A stretch of 64,000 bases of DNA from Lytechinus pictus (lineage: Eukaryota). The stretch is taken from NCBI RefSeq assembly GCF_037042905.1, contig NC_087245.1, positions 42,038,001 to 42,102,000 of the forward strand. Reading direction: 5' to 3'. Numbering within the stretch: the stretch's first letter is position 1; each line of letters opens with the position of its first letter. Under the pieces are notes generated by a model. That model was not told the origin of the DNA. It did no database searches and saw nothing but the letters and a program-made list of their open reading frames with translations. A program made the position numbers and the translations under genes. Shown one piece after another: positions 48,568 to 61,733 of the stretch.

Positions 48568-48818
48568 CACTGCAAAAATTCCGGTGTTGATTTAACACCA
48601 GCCCGGAATCTATATATATATGTCCACACCAGAGAATTATTGAAACAACACCAGTTTGGAATCAAACCGATGCTGTTTTATACTAAATGGTGTTATATAA
48701 TCACCTATCTGATGTTAGACTAATACCAAAATCGGTGTTGTTTAACACTTCTCTGGTGTGGACATATATAGATTCCTAGCTGCCATGGTGTTAAATCAAC
48801 ACAGGAGTTTTTGCAGTG
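48568..48818. mobile_element. CACTG-ended (EnSpm/CMC-like) foldback MITE in the RTK 3'UTR region
   Basis: CA|CACTGCAAAAA..GTGTTGATTTAACACC ... GGTGTTAAATCAACAC..TTTTTGCAGTG|CA, with a 2-bp TSD. Confidence 0.8.
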
Positions 48819-49273
48819 CAAGTAATGATAATAGTATTCATATATTTAAAAACGCTTTACTCGAGTATTTTATTATGTTTTTATTGGTTTGTTTGATATC
48901 GACAAATTTCTGGTTATGTTGAACATTATTTTAAAGGACTGATTAAATAAAATAAGTGTCAGCTGATTTCTATATGGGTGAGGGGAAACACCCCCCCCCC
49001 CCCTTCACGAATGAAATGAGGAGGTAGATGAAAGATTGCCTCCCCCTTCCCCCATATTCACTCCGACAATCAAGGAATGACTTTTCTGATATAATCATAA
49101 TCTTTGGTGTATTGTCTGCCTGATGCAAAATTATAAAAGATGGATATATTGTATTGATATATTTGTGTCGTTTCAATGAAATGTCACCATCTTCTTAATC
49201 ATGTGTACGCCTGTATTACTTATGATTACTCAGTTATCTTCATTTTGATTCATATAGTTTGATGCCCAATGTT

Positions 49274-50480
49274 CAGTGGCGTACCGTGGGTCACGGCATT
49301 GGGGGGGGGGGCACCAGCAAAAATTTCGAGTCACATAGGGAGCGCGCAAAGCACGCTCAGTTGTCAGGTATACTGACCTTATATAGATTTTTTAAGGACA
49401 TGCAGTGCCATTAAACGGATATGTATCTCACTGATTAAATAATGCGAGCGCAAAGCGCGAGCTGAAAATTTTTGATATTTAGAGCTAGAAAGGGACATTA
49501 TAAGCAAATTTTTTGTAATCATGATACGTAACTGCCTTGCTAAACAAATAATGCGATCGCGAAGCGCGAGCTAAAATTTTTGTATATATTGACCCCAAAC
49601 AGGGAAATTTAAGGATTATATTTTAGAATCCATTAAGAGTATAAATATCTCACCATAGTCATCTAATGCTAGTGCCATCCTTTGCTGATTTTGTTAGAAT
49701 TACATCTAAGCCCAGTCATGAAGCACCTTTTGTAGTTATTGTAATCATGATTGTCATACGCATCAAATACTGCGAGCGCGAAGCGCGAGCTGAAAATTTA
49801 GGAAATTCAGATCTGAAGAGGGGCATTCTAAGGCTTGTTTGTAGGAATTCCCTAAGACCGTACGTATTTCACTAACCAAATGATGCGGGCGCGAAGCGCG
49901 AGTTGAAATTTTTGTATATATTGACCCCAATCATGGATATTTTAAGGACTATATGTTTTTTAGGAATCCATTAAGAGTATACATATCTCACCATATTCAT
50001 CTAATGCGAACGTTAGCTCGGACAGGAAATGTTATATATTAAGACCTTAAAATAGGGCAATCACTTTAAGTAGTCATGAAAAAGAAGAATATGTCAGTTG
50101 TCACTACATAAAACAATAATAACTCGAATTGCGAGGAAATATATTTGTTGTATATTGATTTGAAAACGGGAGGTTTTAGTACAACATGATTATATATCTC
50201 GTTAAACAGTCTATGCGAGCACCAGGAACATTGAAGGCACAATGAAGCAAATAATGTTTCATAAAGTTATGAAAAAATGCTTCTTATGTAATATAACATA
50301 ATATAATATAACATAACATAACATAACATTATTTCTTTCAATAATTTCTTCTTTCCCCACTACGTTTCTCTTCCTTTTTCTCCTTTTCCCCGTTTTTTTT
50401 TTTTTTTTTTTTTTTTTGCCAGCCGATGGGGGGCACGTGCCCACCCCCCATGCCCCCCCCCCCCCGTATTTACGCCACTG
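49274..50480. mobile_element. Non-autonomous hAT-type element, 1207 bp
   Basis: TIR CAGTGGCGTA / TACGCCACTG, perfect 8-bp TSD CCAATGTT (49266-49273, 50481-50488), internal GCGAGCGCGAAGCGCGAGC subrepeats. Confidence 0.88.
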
Positions 50481-51679
50481 CCAATGTTTATCCACTTCTG
50501 CTTATTTCCTTTTATGGTTGTTTCATCACGTTTTTTAATTACTGTGCAGCATCATTTTGCGTCTCTACCAACTTTGTACATGCTATTTTTAGATAAAATT
50601 AAAATCATTATATAGAGAGAGGCGTATTGATAGCCGTGTGAAACGGAGATTCGCCGTGCATTTTTTGCGAACTTTAACTTCTTGATGCATACATGTACCT
50701 AAAGATTCGTATGTTCAGTAATATTCTTATTTCTAAGTTGATTTTGTTTTGTTATTTGTTTCTCAGGGCAGCAAACAATTATTTCTTGTCGAACTGGATG
50801 TATTGCACATTGTTATTTTTTAGTATTATAATATTTGTGAGTTCCTTTGTTATTTCGTTTACTTTCCCTTCACGTTTTGTGTGCCTTGAGCATATATAAC
50901 AAGATCGATAAGACGCAAAATAAATTGCATTTATCATTCTTCTGAAGACAGGAACACACTTGTCGAAACGTCGAGTTTGGGTGGTCCTTTTCAAGACCAA
51001 GAATTGCCCAATATACATGGTGTACCATTTAACCCACTCCATATATCATCATTTGTTATTAATTTGCTTTATTTGTCTTTAATTTGAGAGATTTTGATCT
51101 AAAAAATCATGTCAATCAATTCAATTTGAAATACATTTATGTTTCATTTTCCTTTAACTAAGATATCATTGATTTGTATAAAAGAGATATGAATTTATAT
51201 TAGTTAGTCACTTACCGATTTATTGAAGGGAACCTTCATTTAAAGGCTGTGCTTTTTGTTTGTTTGCTTGCTTGTTTAAAAAAGAGAGGTATAGGTCGTG
51301 TAAATCTACCCCCCCCCCCCCCCCCCGTTATGCGATTTACAATAAGATGTCACCGTTTGGTTGCCCCCTCCCCTCCCCACCCTTCCCATCGTATAATCCT
51401 GTCACCTCCCCTGGTTATCATAAAAATGTATTCTTGAGAATACAGTGAAACGTATATCATTATCATTACATGCCACGTTATTGGCTTTAGACCATTGGCA
51501 CACAACATATTTACAGAAATTCAATTTCTTTTAATACAAGAAGTTAATAGTATACCTATAAGATATTTATAAGTCTTTCATACTTCTTTAAATGAATATC
51601 AAGGAATATGAAGTATAATTTTCATTAAAAAAATAGATGTTTATCAACTTAACACATATTTCATGATATTTCATATTAA

Positions 51680-52200
51680 GGGCTGAATGAGGGGGAAGGA
51701 AGGGCAGTTGAGCACCATCTGGAGTAGCTAGGATGTAGAAGGGAGCTTAGATGGTCTGGATGAGAGGAAGGAAGGTGAGGTTGGGCATAATCAGGAGTAT
51801 GATGTAGAAGGGAGCTTAGATGGACTGGATGGGGAAGGAGAAGTCGAGTATCTGGAGCAGGATGTAGATAGGAGCCTGGATGAAGTGAATGAGGTGGATA
51901 GGGGGAGGAAGTTGAGCATCATCCAGGAAAGATCTCAGAGGGACTGGATGAAAGGAAAGAAGGGCAAATTGGTGAAGAGCTGTAGGAAGATGAAGAAGAG
52001 AAACAACATCTGTGTTTTGAGGAGAACTAAAAACAGGAAACGTAGAATCATGAAGAGCTAGAGATGGAACATGGATTGATGGAGAGAAAAGAGAAGGGCC
52101 AAGTCAAAATGACAGTGGAAAATAAAGAGACGGAAGAATTAATGAACCAATCGAGAAGTTATTCAGAAATGAAGAGGAACTAAAGCCATGATGAGGACGG
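51680..52200 (+). pseudogene. Decayed Glu/Asp-rich coding-like repeat segment
   Basis: Repeat units of 69 and 60 nt translate to DVEGSLDGLDE...DVEGSLDGLDG...DVDRSLDEVNE. GAR/GAY codon bias continues through frameshifts and stops. Confidence 0.4.
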
Positions 52201-52209
52201 TTAACTTAA

Positions 52210-52690
52210 CCCTGAAAGGACTGGGGGCATGATGCCCCCCACGACGCTTCGCACGATATTTCCGAAATGCAAAAAGCTAGCGCCACAAAATTTTATGTCT
52301 TATTTCTTTGAAATATCGCGCAACTTTTGAGATCAAATTCGCGACATACGGGTATAGCTTCCTGACTTTTTACGAGGCAATGTCGTGCCGAAAATGATTC
52401 ATTTTTATACTATGTGTACAAAGTCTATCATGGGAGATAAAATTCATAAAAGGGTTATTTTTCGTTTTAATCTGCTTAATTCATTTAGGGTTTAATTTAG
52501 TTGTTAAATGGTCTGTAATAATTTCCATTGAAAAAAATATAAAAAACATAGAAAAACATAAGAATTTCTAAAAACAAAGAAATACATAGTGAAATAATTG
52601 GCTTTCACAATTTTTCTTCGTGGAAACCTTTAAATTAGTTTACAAAGATGACGAAAAAAGAGAAAATTAGAAGTGAAATTTGGCTTTTAT
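52210..52690. mobile_element. piggyBac-like non-autonomous element fragment
   Basis: TTAA|CCCTGAAAGGACTGGGGGC terminus. Internal segment 52600-52690 is repeated at about 55150-55235. Confidence 0.5.
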
Positions 52691-52748
52691 ATAGCGCTTA
52701 AAGGGGAGTGAACTGTGCGTGGTCTCTCATTGTGTGTTATTTACATAT

Positions 52749-52965
52749 GGGGTGTTGCAAGAAACTTGCGATCAATTGCAAGTCTATTTTTGGTCCCTAA
52801 ATCAATCATGTGTCTTGTAGTTAATTGCAAATTAGTGATTGATTGCTAATCTCCTCCTTGAAACATGAAGTTTAGTCTGATTTGCTAAAGCTAACATTGA
52901 TCTATCAATTGTAAAATTGCAACAGAATATTTTCAATTGATCGCAAATATTTTCTTGCAACACCC
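52749..52965. mobile_element. Harbinger-like MITE
   Basis: TIRs GGGTGTTGCAAGAAA / TTTCTTGCAACACCC. Confidence 0.7.
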
Positions 52966-55900
52966 TAAAGTCTTAAAAATATACGTTTTCAGATATCTAC
53001 TAAAACTACAGAGAATAAATCGACCTATAATTGTATTAGCATTGAGAAACTAAAATGTTTTGAGAGGAAAAGACGCAGAAGAGAAAAAAAAAAAGAGGAA
53101 GAAAAATGAGGAAGAAGTCTGAAGAAAAGAAGAATAAGTATGAAGAAAAGAAAAAAAAAGAAAGAAGGATGGTGGAAGGAGAAGGATAAGGAGTGCACGG
53201 GGGATCTGTTTATACTTCATACTCGGCTATCCATTTCCAGTCCCACTTATGCCAAAAATACGTTTTAAACATACTCGTGTAAAAAATACTAAAAGATATT
53301 GACCCAGTCTTAAAAATATGAGATTTATTACATACTTTCTCACATGAAATGAATTTGATATACAGTACAGAAAGTAACTTCAAAATATTCCACGAAGAAT
53401 ACATATTTTTTTCCAATTGCAAATTAATACCATTCCAGCTCTCAACAGACGATATATTACACATATCCAAGGTTTCATTGAGTGTTAACTGGCATTACAA
53501 TAATGATGTACATTAATTTCTTTCCAAAATGAAGAAATTTGTTATTACTGTATTGATTGGTCAAAATAACAGTCAAACAAAGCTACATTTCATAGATGAT
53601 ATACATTCAACAATAAATTTTGTACATTTTAATCAAGACAATTTCCAGAGCATATTGCTATATATAGCAGTCTTAAGCTCTTGTTTTTAATGTGTCAATG
53701 AATAACATTTATTTTGGTAACTACTAACGACACAATAAAAGGTGAGAATATAAACCGTATATTCCCTGACATGTTACAATCATTCAAACTAGAGCAAGCT
53801 GATATTGCAATCAAAACTAAGTTGAGTCAGATGGTAGTGGTAGTGATTTTTTTTACCCGATTGCTATTAAAGCATGAATGCAAACAACCAGAGGACCGAT
53901 GGCTTAAGATCCTCTCCGAGGGACCAAGTGATTAGGATTTAAATGCCTTACCAAAGGACACTACCGCACCAAGTGGGAAACCCGATTCACAGGAATACAA
54001 GAACCCCGACTGAACTATCAAGCCTCCTCATCTGATCTAACTTGCCTGATCTGGACCACGTTGCATAAAAGTTACTATTATAGTAACTTTGCCATCCAAT
54101 GGCAACTGCCAATCAGCCAATCAGAATCAAGTGTTTGAGGGAAGTTATCATTGGATAGCAAAGCTACTATTACTTTTATGCAATGGGGTTCTTGACCTGA
54201 CAGATATCAAATGTTGATGAAATGCCTCCCAGTACTTAAAAACTGAAGAAAAAAACGATTAAGCAATCACAAAATATTTTACATAACAAGCGTGTAATTC
54301 ATCGAAAAAGAAACAATAATCTGTATTAACATTAAATTACAAGAAATATTGCAAAGGTTACATATACTGCAAATATATGTTGCTAACATTTTGAAGCCAT
54401 GGCACAAACAGACATTTTTGTCGGATGCTGCATGTCGTTGTGTGCATTATGGCACCTGAAGTAAGCAAGTAATACAGTAGAAATATTAAGGAATTTAGTG
54501 GGCTATGATAATATTAGTGACTTGATAGAAATGATACAATTAGTGGGTAAAAGATGAACATAAAAAATAACATGACATATACACAATTTAACATAGCACT
54601 GTTACATTCAAAGTATCTTTCAAAATGTCTTTAAATGAATGCAAACAAAATATTCTACTAAAGATGCATAGATAGCACTGATAAAAAAAAGTACTACAGT
54701 ATAAGATATAAAATTAAAGATACTACCTGTCTACTACTAAATAAGTAACGAAACGAATACAAAATAAATAAATACAGGCAGTTAAGAGGAACACAAAACA
54801 TGGTAAAACCTTTTAATATTTTCTGATACAGGGCTAAGTGAGTGTGAACAATATATATGACAGCAAGCTACTCCCAGATTTCCCTGTGAATCCTTTCGAT
54901 TTACATGGGTGAAAGAGGTATATTCACAGTATTGCAAGCCCCTCTATATGTGTTGTTGCCAACGTACACGTACTTGATTAACCTTATGTCCAAGTTTCAT
55001 GAACTAGGTCCATATACTTTCTCTAAGTTATGCTGTCATTTCAAAAACTTAACCTTCGATTAAGTTTTGGTGTTGACGTTGCCGTCGTCGCCAGTAAAGC
55101 GGCGCCTAGTCTCACTCTGCAGCTATGCAGGTAAGACAAAAACGGGCTTTTGCAATTTTCCTTTGTGGAAACCTGTAAATTAGATTACAAAGATGACATC
55201 TGGAAAAAAAGAAGAAAAATTTGAAGTGAAATTCGGTGTTAAATTTGCAAATAATATTTTATTCATAATAAATGAAAAATAATAATTTTCAGAATTCTTT
55301 TATACTAGCTTGTAATTTTGGTGCGATCATGTGAACGGCAGCTGAGATCAGAAGCCCACCCATCTAATTCACTTCTACATACTGTTTCCAGCCAGTCTAT
55401 ACCAAATCTCAACAAGATTATTTTCAATGTGTGACTACTTTAATGTCGTGGTCAATGTCAGTTTAGCATGCCATCAGCTTACCGATCTCAAAAATAGGGG
55501 AAAGAAAATAAATTCATAATACTAGTACCACCTAAGTTCTTGTCAATAAAATCTGTGGGTAAAAACTACGAACTTTAAGAAACTAGCCAATGATTTCTAA
55601 AGCAGATAACAGGATATTATATTCAGTATTGTAATTAACATAGTTTTTCTTAACCTCACACACAATAACTATACATTGTAATATACATAACATTAAACAT
55701 TAGATTGTGTACATTACAGATAGAATGTAGAGCACACTGTGTCAATCGCAAATATCAAATTGCAATGTACTGCAATCTGTGATGAAAATATATCCCCCAA
55801 AACAACATCAGGCATATTATCATAATAATAAAATAAATTAACATGTATCATTGTTAGGATGTATGTCAATAAAAAATGCCATGATTAATTAAACTGAGCT

Positions 55901-56337
55901 TCCGTCAATCCATCCATTGGCACATCCCCAAAATAGCATGAGGGAGGGCAGAAAATACACATATTCTTGTTTCCTGCGGCCATATAATACGTTGCATACA
56001 TGTCAATACACTTATTGCCACTAGAGCAAATACTGACTATTACTGCCAAAACGTACATACAACATCCAACAAAACAAATTGTATTGGTGACAATTTGTAT
56101 TTCTTAATCATTATGGCTTATCAAACATTTCTAGTCTAAGTAAGCTTCCCTTTAGCCAAACTACATGTAAACTAGGCCTGAGACGTATACTCTCTTGCCA
56201 TTCGATTATTTTACCATAGTAAACAAGTAAATCACAAAAAAGTTGACCTAATTGCATGATCTACCAATGGTAATCAGCGAGCTGACTCAGTCGAGTGTCC
56301 CAGTACACTGCATATGACAAGCACATAAACACAGCTG

Positions 56338-56885
56338 CACTTCGTAATTCCGAAGGTTCTTTATTCCAAAGGTTCGTAATTCCGAAACACGTAAATTGCC
56401 TATACCTCGATGTTCGTTAATCCGAAAACGTAAAAGGGTTCGCTAATCCGAACATTTGTGGCGTTATTCCGAAGGTTCGTTTTGCCGAAGGTTCGATAAT
56501 CCGAAAACGAAATAAGGTTCGATGTTCCGAAGGTTCGTTAATCCGAAAACGAAATAAGGTTCATTGTTCCGAAGATTCGTTAATCCGAAAACGAAATAAG
56601 GTTCGTTATTCTGAAGGTTCGTTAGTCCGAAAACGAAATAAGGTTCGTTAATCATTTCGTTTTCAGACTAATGAACCTTCGGAACTACGAACCTCATTTA
56701 GTTTTCGGATTAACGAACCTTCGGAATTACGAACCTCATTTCGTTTTCGGATTAACGAACCTTCGGAATTATGAACCTTATTTCGTTTTCGGATTAACGA
56801 ACCTTTGGAATTACGAACCTTCGGAAATACGAACCTTCGGAATAACCGAACCTTCGGAATAACGAAGCTTCGGAATTACGAATGT
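56338..56885. mobile_element. Foldback element with inverted arrays of 42-bp units
   Basis: Units like TTCCGAAGGTTCGTTAATCCGAAAACGAAATAAGGTTCGTTA invert near 56651. Flanking direct repeat ACACAGCTG at 56329-56337 and 56886-56894. Confidence 0.85.
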
Positions 56886-58718
56886 ACACAGCTGCCATCA
56901 CTGTCATGTCTTGAAAGAGTTGCAATGATTGGAATTCATTAAATGTTAGCATGAATTTTCAAATATCAATGATTACATGTATATCCATATACTTTTGATT
57001 GAATGTCTCAAATCAGTAATAAACATCTGGCAAACATTTGATCAATGTAAAAAGTAGCACTCGTTTGCCGATTGTTGGTAAACTGATCAAATTCATTGAT
57101 TGTTTGAGTGTTACTCCCAAGCCTAATTAATACCTCCAAGTACGTCTTTTGATATTCTCAATATTCCTCACCATAGACTAACCGTAAAACATCTCATGTG
57201 CTGGAAATCATCTTCAAAATCAAAATTCATCAAATAATCATATGACAACCCAACACTATGCTGCAAAGAGTGTAATCTTTTTTTGGTCATTTGAATCAAC
57301 AATTTTGCTGCAGAACTAACCTCCAAATCTTTCACTGGAAAATAAGGATGTTTTTTCATCTGTGTGCATGAATGTAACCTTTTGAAGGAACATCTTTTCA
57401 ACTATCATTTTACAAACTTGGCTTTGTGTCAAGGGCCCCTTGTAATAGAATTTCATACCACGTCAAAGGGCACAAGAGAATCAATAAAAACATTTCGGCA
57501 CTACCGACCAAGTATTCTGGTCTCCTGCAGGTCAGCACAAACACTTTGCTTTGACAAGTACATGTATCTGCCATAGCCCATAACAGTTGGGAATTTTCCT
57601 CGCATTACTCATACTGGTATATCATAAGAAATCGAACCTATTGTGAAATAATGCACAATTAAGACGATGCTGTATTCCATGACTGGAATGAAATCTATAA
57701 ATCTGTAAACTGCCGCCCTTGAACATAACTTTAAGCTGTAACTGAAAACGAATAATGACTTTTAAAGTGGTTTGAACTAAGCAAATGCCAACTAAGTACT
57801 TTGAATGCAGAAAATAGTAATGGCAACAAAACAAATATGAAAAGGAGGAAAAATGCAGCTTAACACTCGCCAAATGCTGATACCCGTAGTTTTTACTCAG
57901 CAGAATTCAGCATTCCATAAATGAGTTATTGGGGAAAATGTTTAATGCACTGAATTTTCATATTCATAGATTTGTAGTTATGTACAACACATAAGTATAT
58001 TCTTTTTTCCTGTATGCAGCTAAAACAGCAGAAATAGAAATTGAAAAACAAAAAAATGACTATAAACTACCTAGAAAAAAAAGGGGGTGGTATCCTGATA
58101 ACCAAATTCATGTTTAACTCCAGACTAACTATAATTTTAGTCCACACTTTTATGGAATACAAAGTTTCATCGCATTTCTTCAATATTCATGACCAATAAA
58201 AGTTCATTAAAATTCATTGTGAACTTAAACTCCCCTCAGTTCATTTCATAAACATAATTCATTTTCAACTACTTTTCACCATCGATTGATTTATATTGAG
58301 ATGGCAACTGGCACACCATAAAAGTGTTGTCTAACCTCAGTTTACCTAAACAATAGCTATGAGAATACCAACCAACCGATGGGTGGTATTAACAAAATTT
58401 GTTTTAATCTACAATATGGACTGTTCAAATTTTGTGGCATAGGTATGCTATATTTTGCATAAGCACTGGGCATGATCCCTGATTCCTGGTACAATGTGTG
58501 TGTGTTGGATAAAGTGTGCTTAACAAATGGACTAATGCAGGTTAAGGCAAATTCTTCTTACAAAATCTACATTAGCCCATTGGTCAAAACCAAGACAGCA
58601 ACCACCGTGCAAAGCTAGCACATTTTACTAAACACATTCATTCTTCATCAGGAACTACTGGATCATTCTAAAGTGCATATGTGCTATAAAATGAATCAAA
58701 ACTATAATTCTACTCAAT

Positions 58719-59011
58719 GGCCCATATTCTGAAGTCGGGTTTAAAGTTGTGGTTTAAGTATGGACAGCCAATTGTTACATAATTACAAACAGTAGAGATA
58801 TCAAACTTCAGCTCATTCGGCTCTCAAATCATTCATAATTGTGTAGGAAGTATAAATAGATGATTGTCTTCACCATCGATGAATCAGGAAAGAGCACAGT
58901 AAACATAAGAAACATACAACTTAATAAAAAATTTGATACTTTTGGCTCGCCATACTTAAACCACAACTTTAAACCTGAGTTTAAGTTAAACCCGACTTCA
59001 GAATACGGGCC
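58719..59011. mobile_element. Harbinger-like MITE
   Basis: TIR GGCCCRTATTCTGAAGTCGGGTTTAA and its inverse, with 3-bp TSD AAT. A degenerate relative lies at about 9900-10195. Confidence 0.8.
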
Positions 59012-59419
59012 AATGAATTAACCCCCCCCCAAAAAAAAAAAAAAAAAAAAAACAGCATTTGAGTGGATTATAACATTTTAAAGTGTATCATACGGAATTG
59101 GCAATCTCCATGCCAACATCACTAATAAACAAAAGTGTTGTGCAATCTTAGTTTCTATTAGTATACCATCATTTCTACTAGACAAGGTCGGCCCACTATG
59201 TGATCAGTAAGCATATCCTACTTCTTTGGTGTACAAAGAGATCAGGCATTTATACATGTATAAGGAGCTGCATCATTCGACCTTTGACCTGCTGGCTACA
59301 ATCACATTCTTGACTGGTACTTTAGTGTAATGAACCTATTACACACAAACAATGTCACCATCCCTCAATATTATTTTAGTTAGCGAGTGGAAAGTAATTC
59401 CCACTGGGTACCCATTTAA

Positions 59420-59926
59420 AGGGATGGTCCAGGCTGAAAATATCTATATCTAAATAAATAGAGTTAAATTCACAGAGCAAAATGCTGACAAATTCATCAA
59501 AATCAGATAACAAATAACAAAGTTATTGAATTTTAAAGTTTATCAATACTTTGTGAAAACAGTCATATGCACATCGTCATGAATATTTATTAAATGGGCT
59601 GATGATGTCATATCCCCACTTATTCTTTTGTTTTTTATCATATGAAATAAGGTTTATTCAAAAAATTTCTACCAAGAACTAAAACAATTTGATTGACAAC
59701 TTAAGTGCATTAGTTATTTATTGCCACAACTTATTTCATCATAATTGAGACCCATCATTTACACATGTATGGAAAAATGAAATTATGATTTCAAGTAATA
59801 ACATAAGAAACATAACATAAGAAAAAGAAAAGTTATTTGTTCTCAAATTTTGGTGGAATTTTCAGCTTTGTGCTCTGTGAATTTTACTCTATTAAGATAT
59901 AAATATTTTCAGCCCAGACCATCCCT
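59420..59926. mobile_element. Family C Kolobok-like MITE nested in a SINE
   Basis: TTAA|AGGGATGGTCCAGGCTG ... CAGCCCAGACCATCCCT|TTAA interrupts the SINE core GGGTACCCATTTA...CTGGGT. Confidence 0.85.
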
Positions 59927-60958
59927 TTAACAACTGGGTAGGGAGTGGCAATTTGTAGATTGATGCCTCGTCAAAGAACGTTCGGCCACGGTGAGGTTCA
60001 AACAAACAACCCTCTGATTACAAGAGTGTCAGCACCACACCACTATGCTTCCTGAATGCACCATGAGGAACCTATCAAGAATGGCTCCTTGTCCAGATTG
60101 GTCGAATGTTGATACGTCATTGGTTTTGCAAGTAGACAGGTTTTTCTGTATTTAGCACACCACTGCCATTGCTTAACAAAATCTTTTGCCCATACAAACA
60201 GATGGGGCTCATATAAAACATGTCATATCAAAGGGGAAATTTCTGTTGTGAGAACGAGGAGAACACTTATTTTCAGCTTTCAAGTTCTTCCCATGTTGTT
60301 TAAGGGGACAATCCACAAGCTCGATCTGAAACTCTAGGATAGGAATCGGTTGAAATCGGAAGCAGAGTAATGACATTGTGAAGAGAAGTAACAGCGGGCA
60401 TTTTATTAAGATCGGCGTGATCGGCTAAAAATTTTGAACATGTTCACAATTTTGTGCGGGAAAAGCGTAAGCAACATGTTGCAAAGTCGTGGGTTGAGCA
60501 TAATCAGGTCTTTCCTGGCGTACTAACAGCGGCACGCTGACATGATAAATCCCCTGTTCCTTGGATAATTTTTATCACTGCATGATATTTTTCGCTGACT
60601 CCCGGTAAAATCGTTCATTTTTCCTCGATCCTGCCGGATCTGAATGTTTGTCAAATCGACATAGTGGAACAGGAGCTCTGGGAAGAATATGCAAGTAAAA
60701 CGATCCAATGCAATGGATTGCTTCTCAGACATACACCCTCACAGCATCCAATGAAATGTTTGGGCTGAACGTTTACGTGTGTAGTCCAACTCATGCATTT
60801 ACGTGTGTGCAGCACGTGACATTCAGCAGACTCGAGTCAATTTCATGATTTTGATCATTCTTAATTCTAACATCATACACTAATTCCTGGGGACACTGTA
60901 GTCATAATTTCACCATCACTATGAGGCAGTATCATCCATGATTCAATCTTGTTACCTG

Positions 60959-61230
60959 GGCCCCGTTGTACAAAGAGTTACGATTGATCCGATCAATCGT
61001 AACTCTATGGAAATCCATCAGTGTCATAATTTTTTCTACAGGAAATTTGCAAAATGTCCTTTGTAATCAAAGGAGAACACCCCAAATTGTCAAGAAATCA
61101 ATGAATTTAAGGATATGCATTCATATCTAGAATTTTTTTTTGAACAAACATGCATTTCATATGTTGACTTTGCTGGCTTGCCATAGTTACGATTGATCGG
61201 ATCAATCGTAACTCTTTGTACAACGGGGCC
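60959..61230. mobile_element. Harbinger-like MITE, near-perfect TIRs
   Basis: CTG|GGCCCCGTTGTACAAAGAGTTACGATTGATCCGATCAATCGTAACT ... exact inverse|CAG. Confidence 0.85.
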
Positions 61231-61733
61231 CAGGAGTCTGTTTCATAAAACTTGTGATAATAACAAATTTGCAATAACAGTTTAAAGCTACTCAAATCAG
61301 TCCAATTGATTGGCTGAGAGTAAACTCACTCTTAAACAAGTCTTCATGGAATGGGACCCAGGAGACTAGTTCATGAAAACTCTCAGCACTGACAGGTGGT
61401 CATTCTCAAACAGATACCGTAGTAACAGTCAAACTTTGCTTCTCAGCAAGTCAAATCCAAATAAAGTTGTCGGATCTGGGGGCGCTTCATGAAAGGACTC
61501 GTTGGGATGTTTTATCCCGTTTTATACAACAGTTACCATAGTAACAGTCACACTGCACTTCTCAGCAAAATCAAAACCTAATAAAGCTGTAAGACCTGAC
61601 CACTCGCCGGATGAAACACATTGATGAAAAACCTCCAAGAGCTGACATTTATCTTGAGCCTTAGTATTGCATATATGTACATGTAACATCTTGATGGAAT
61701 GGGGGCATTCCCACCAGCCCTAGAATATACCAA

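Noticed and set aside
56338..56885. Regular short repeats resembling a CRISPR array or a repeat protein (EPYFVFGLTNLRN)
   Set aside because: There are no unique spacers and no cas genes, the context is eukaryotic, and the units invert about a centre as in a foldback transposon.
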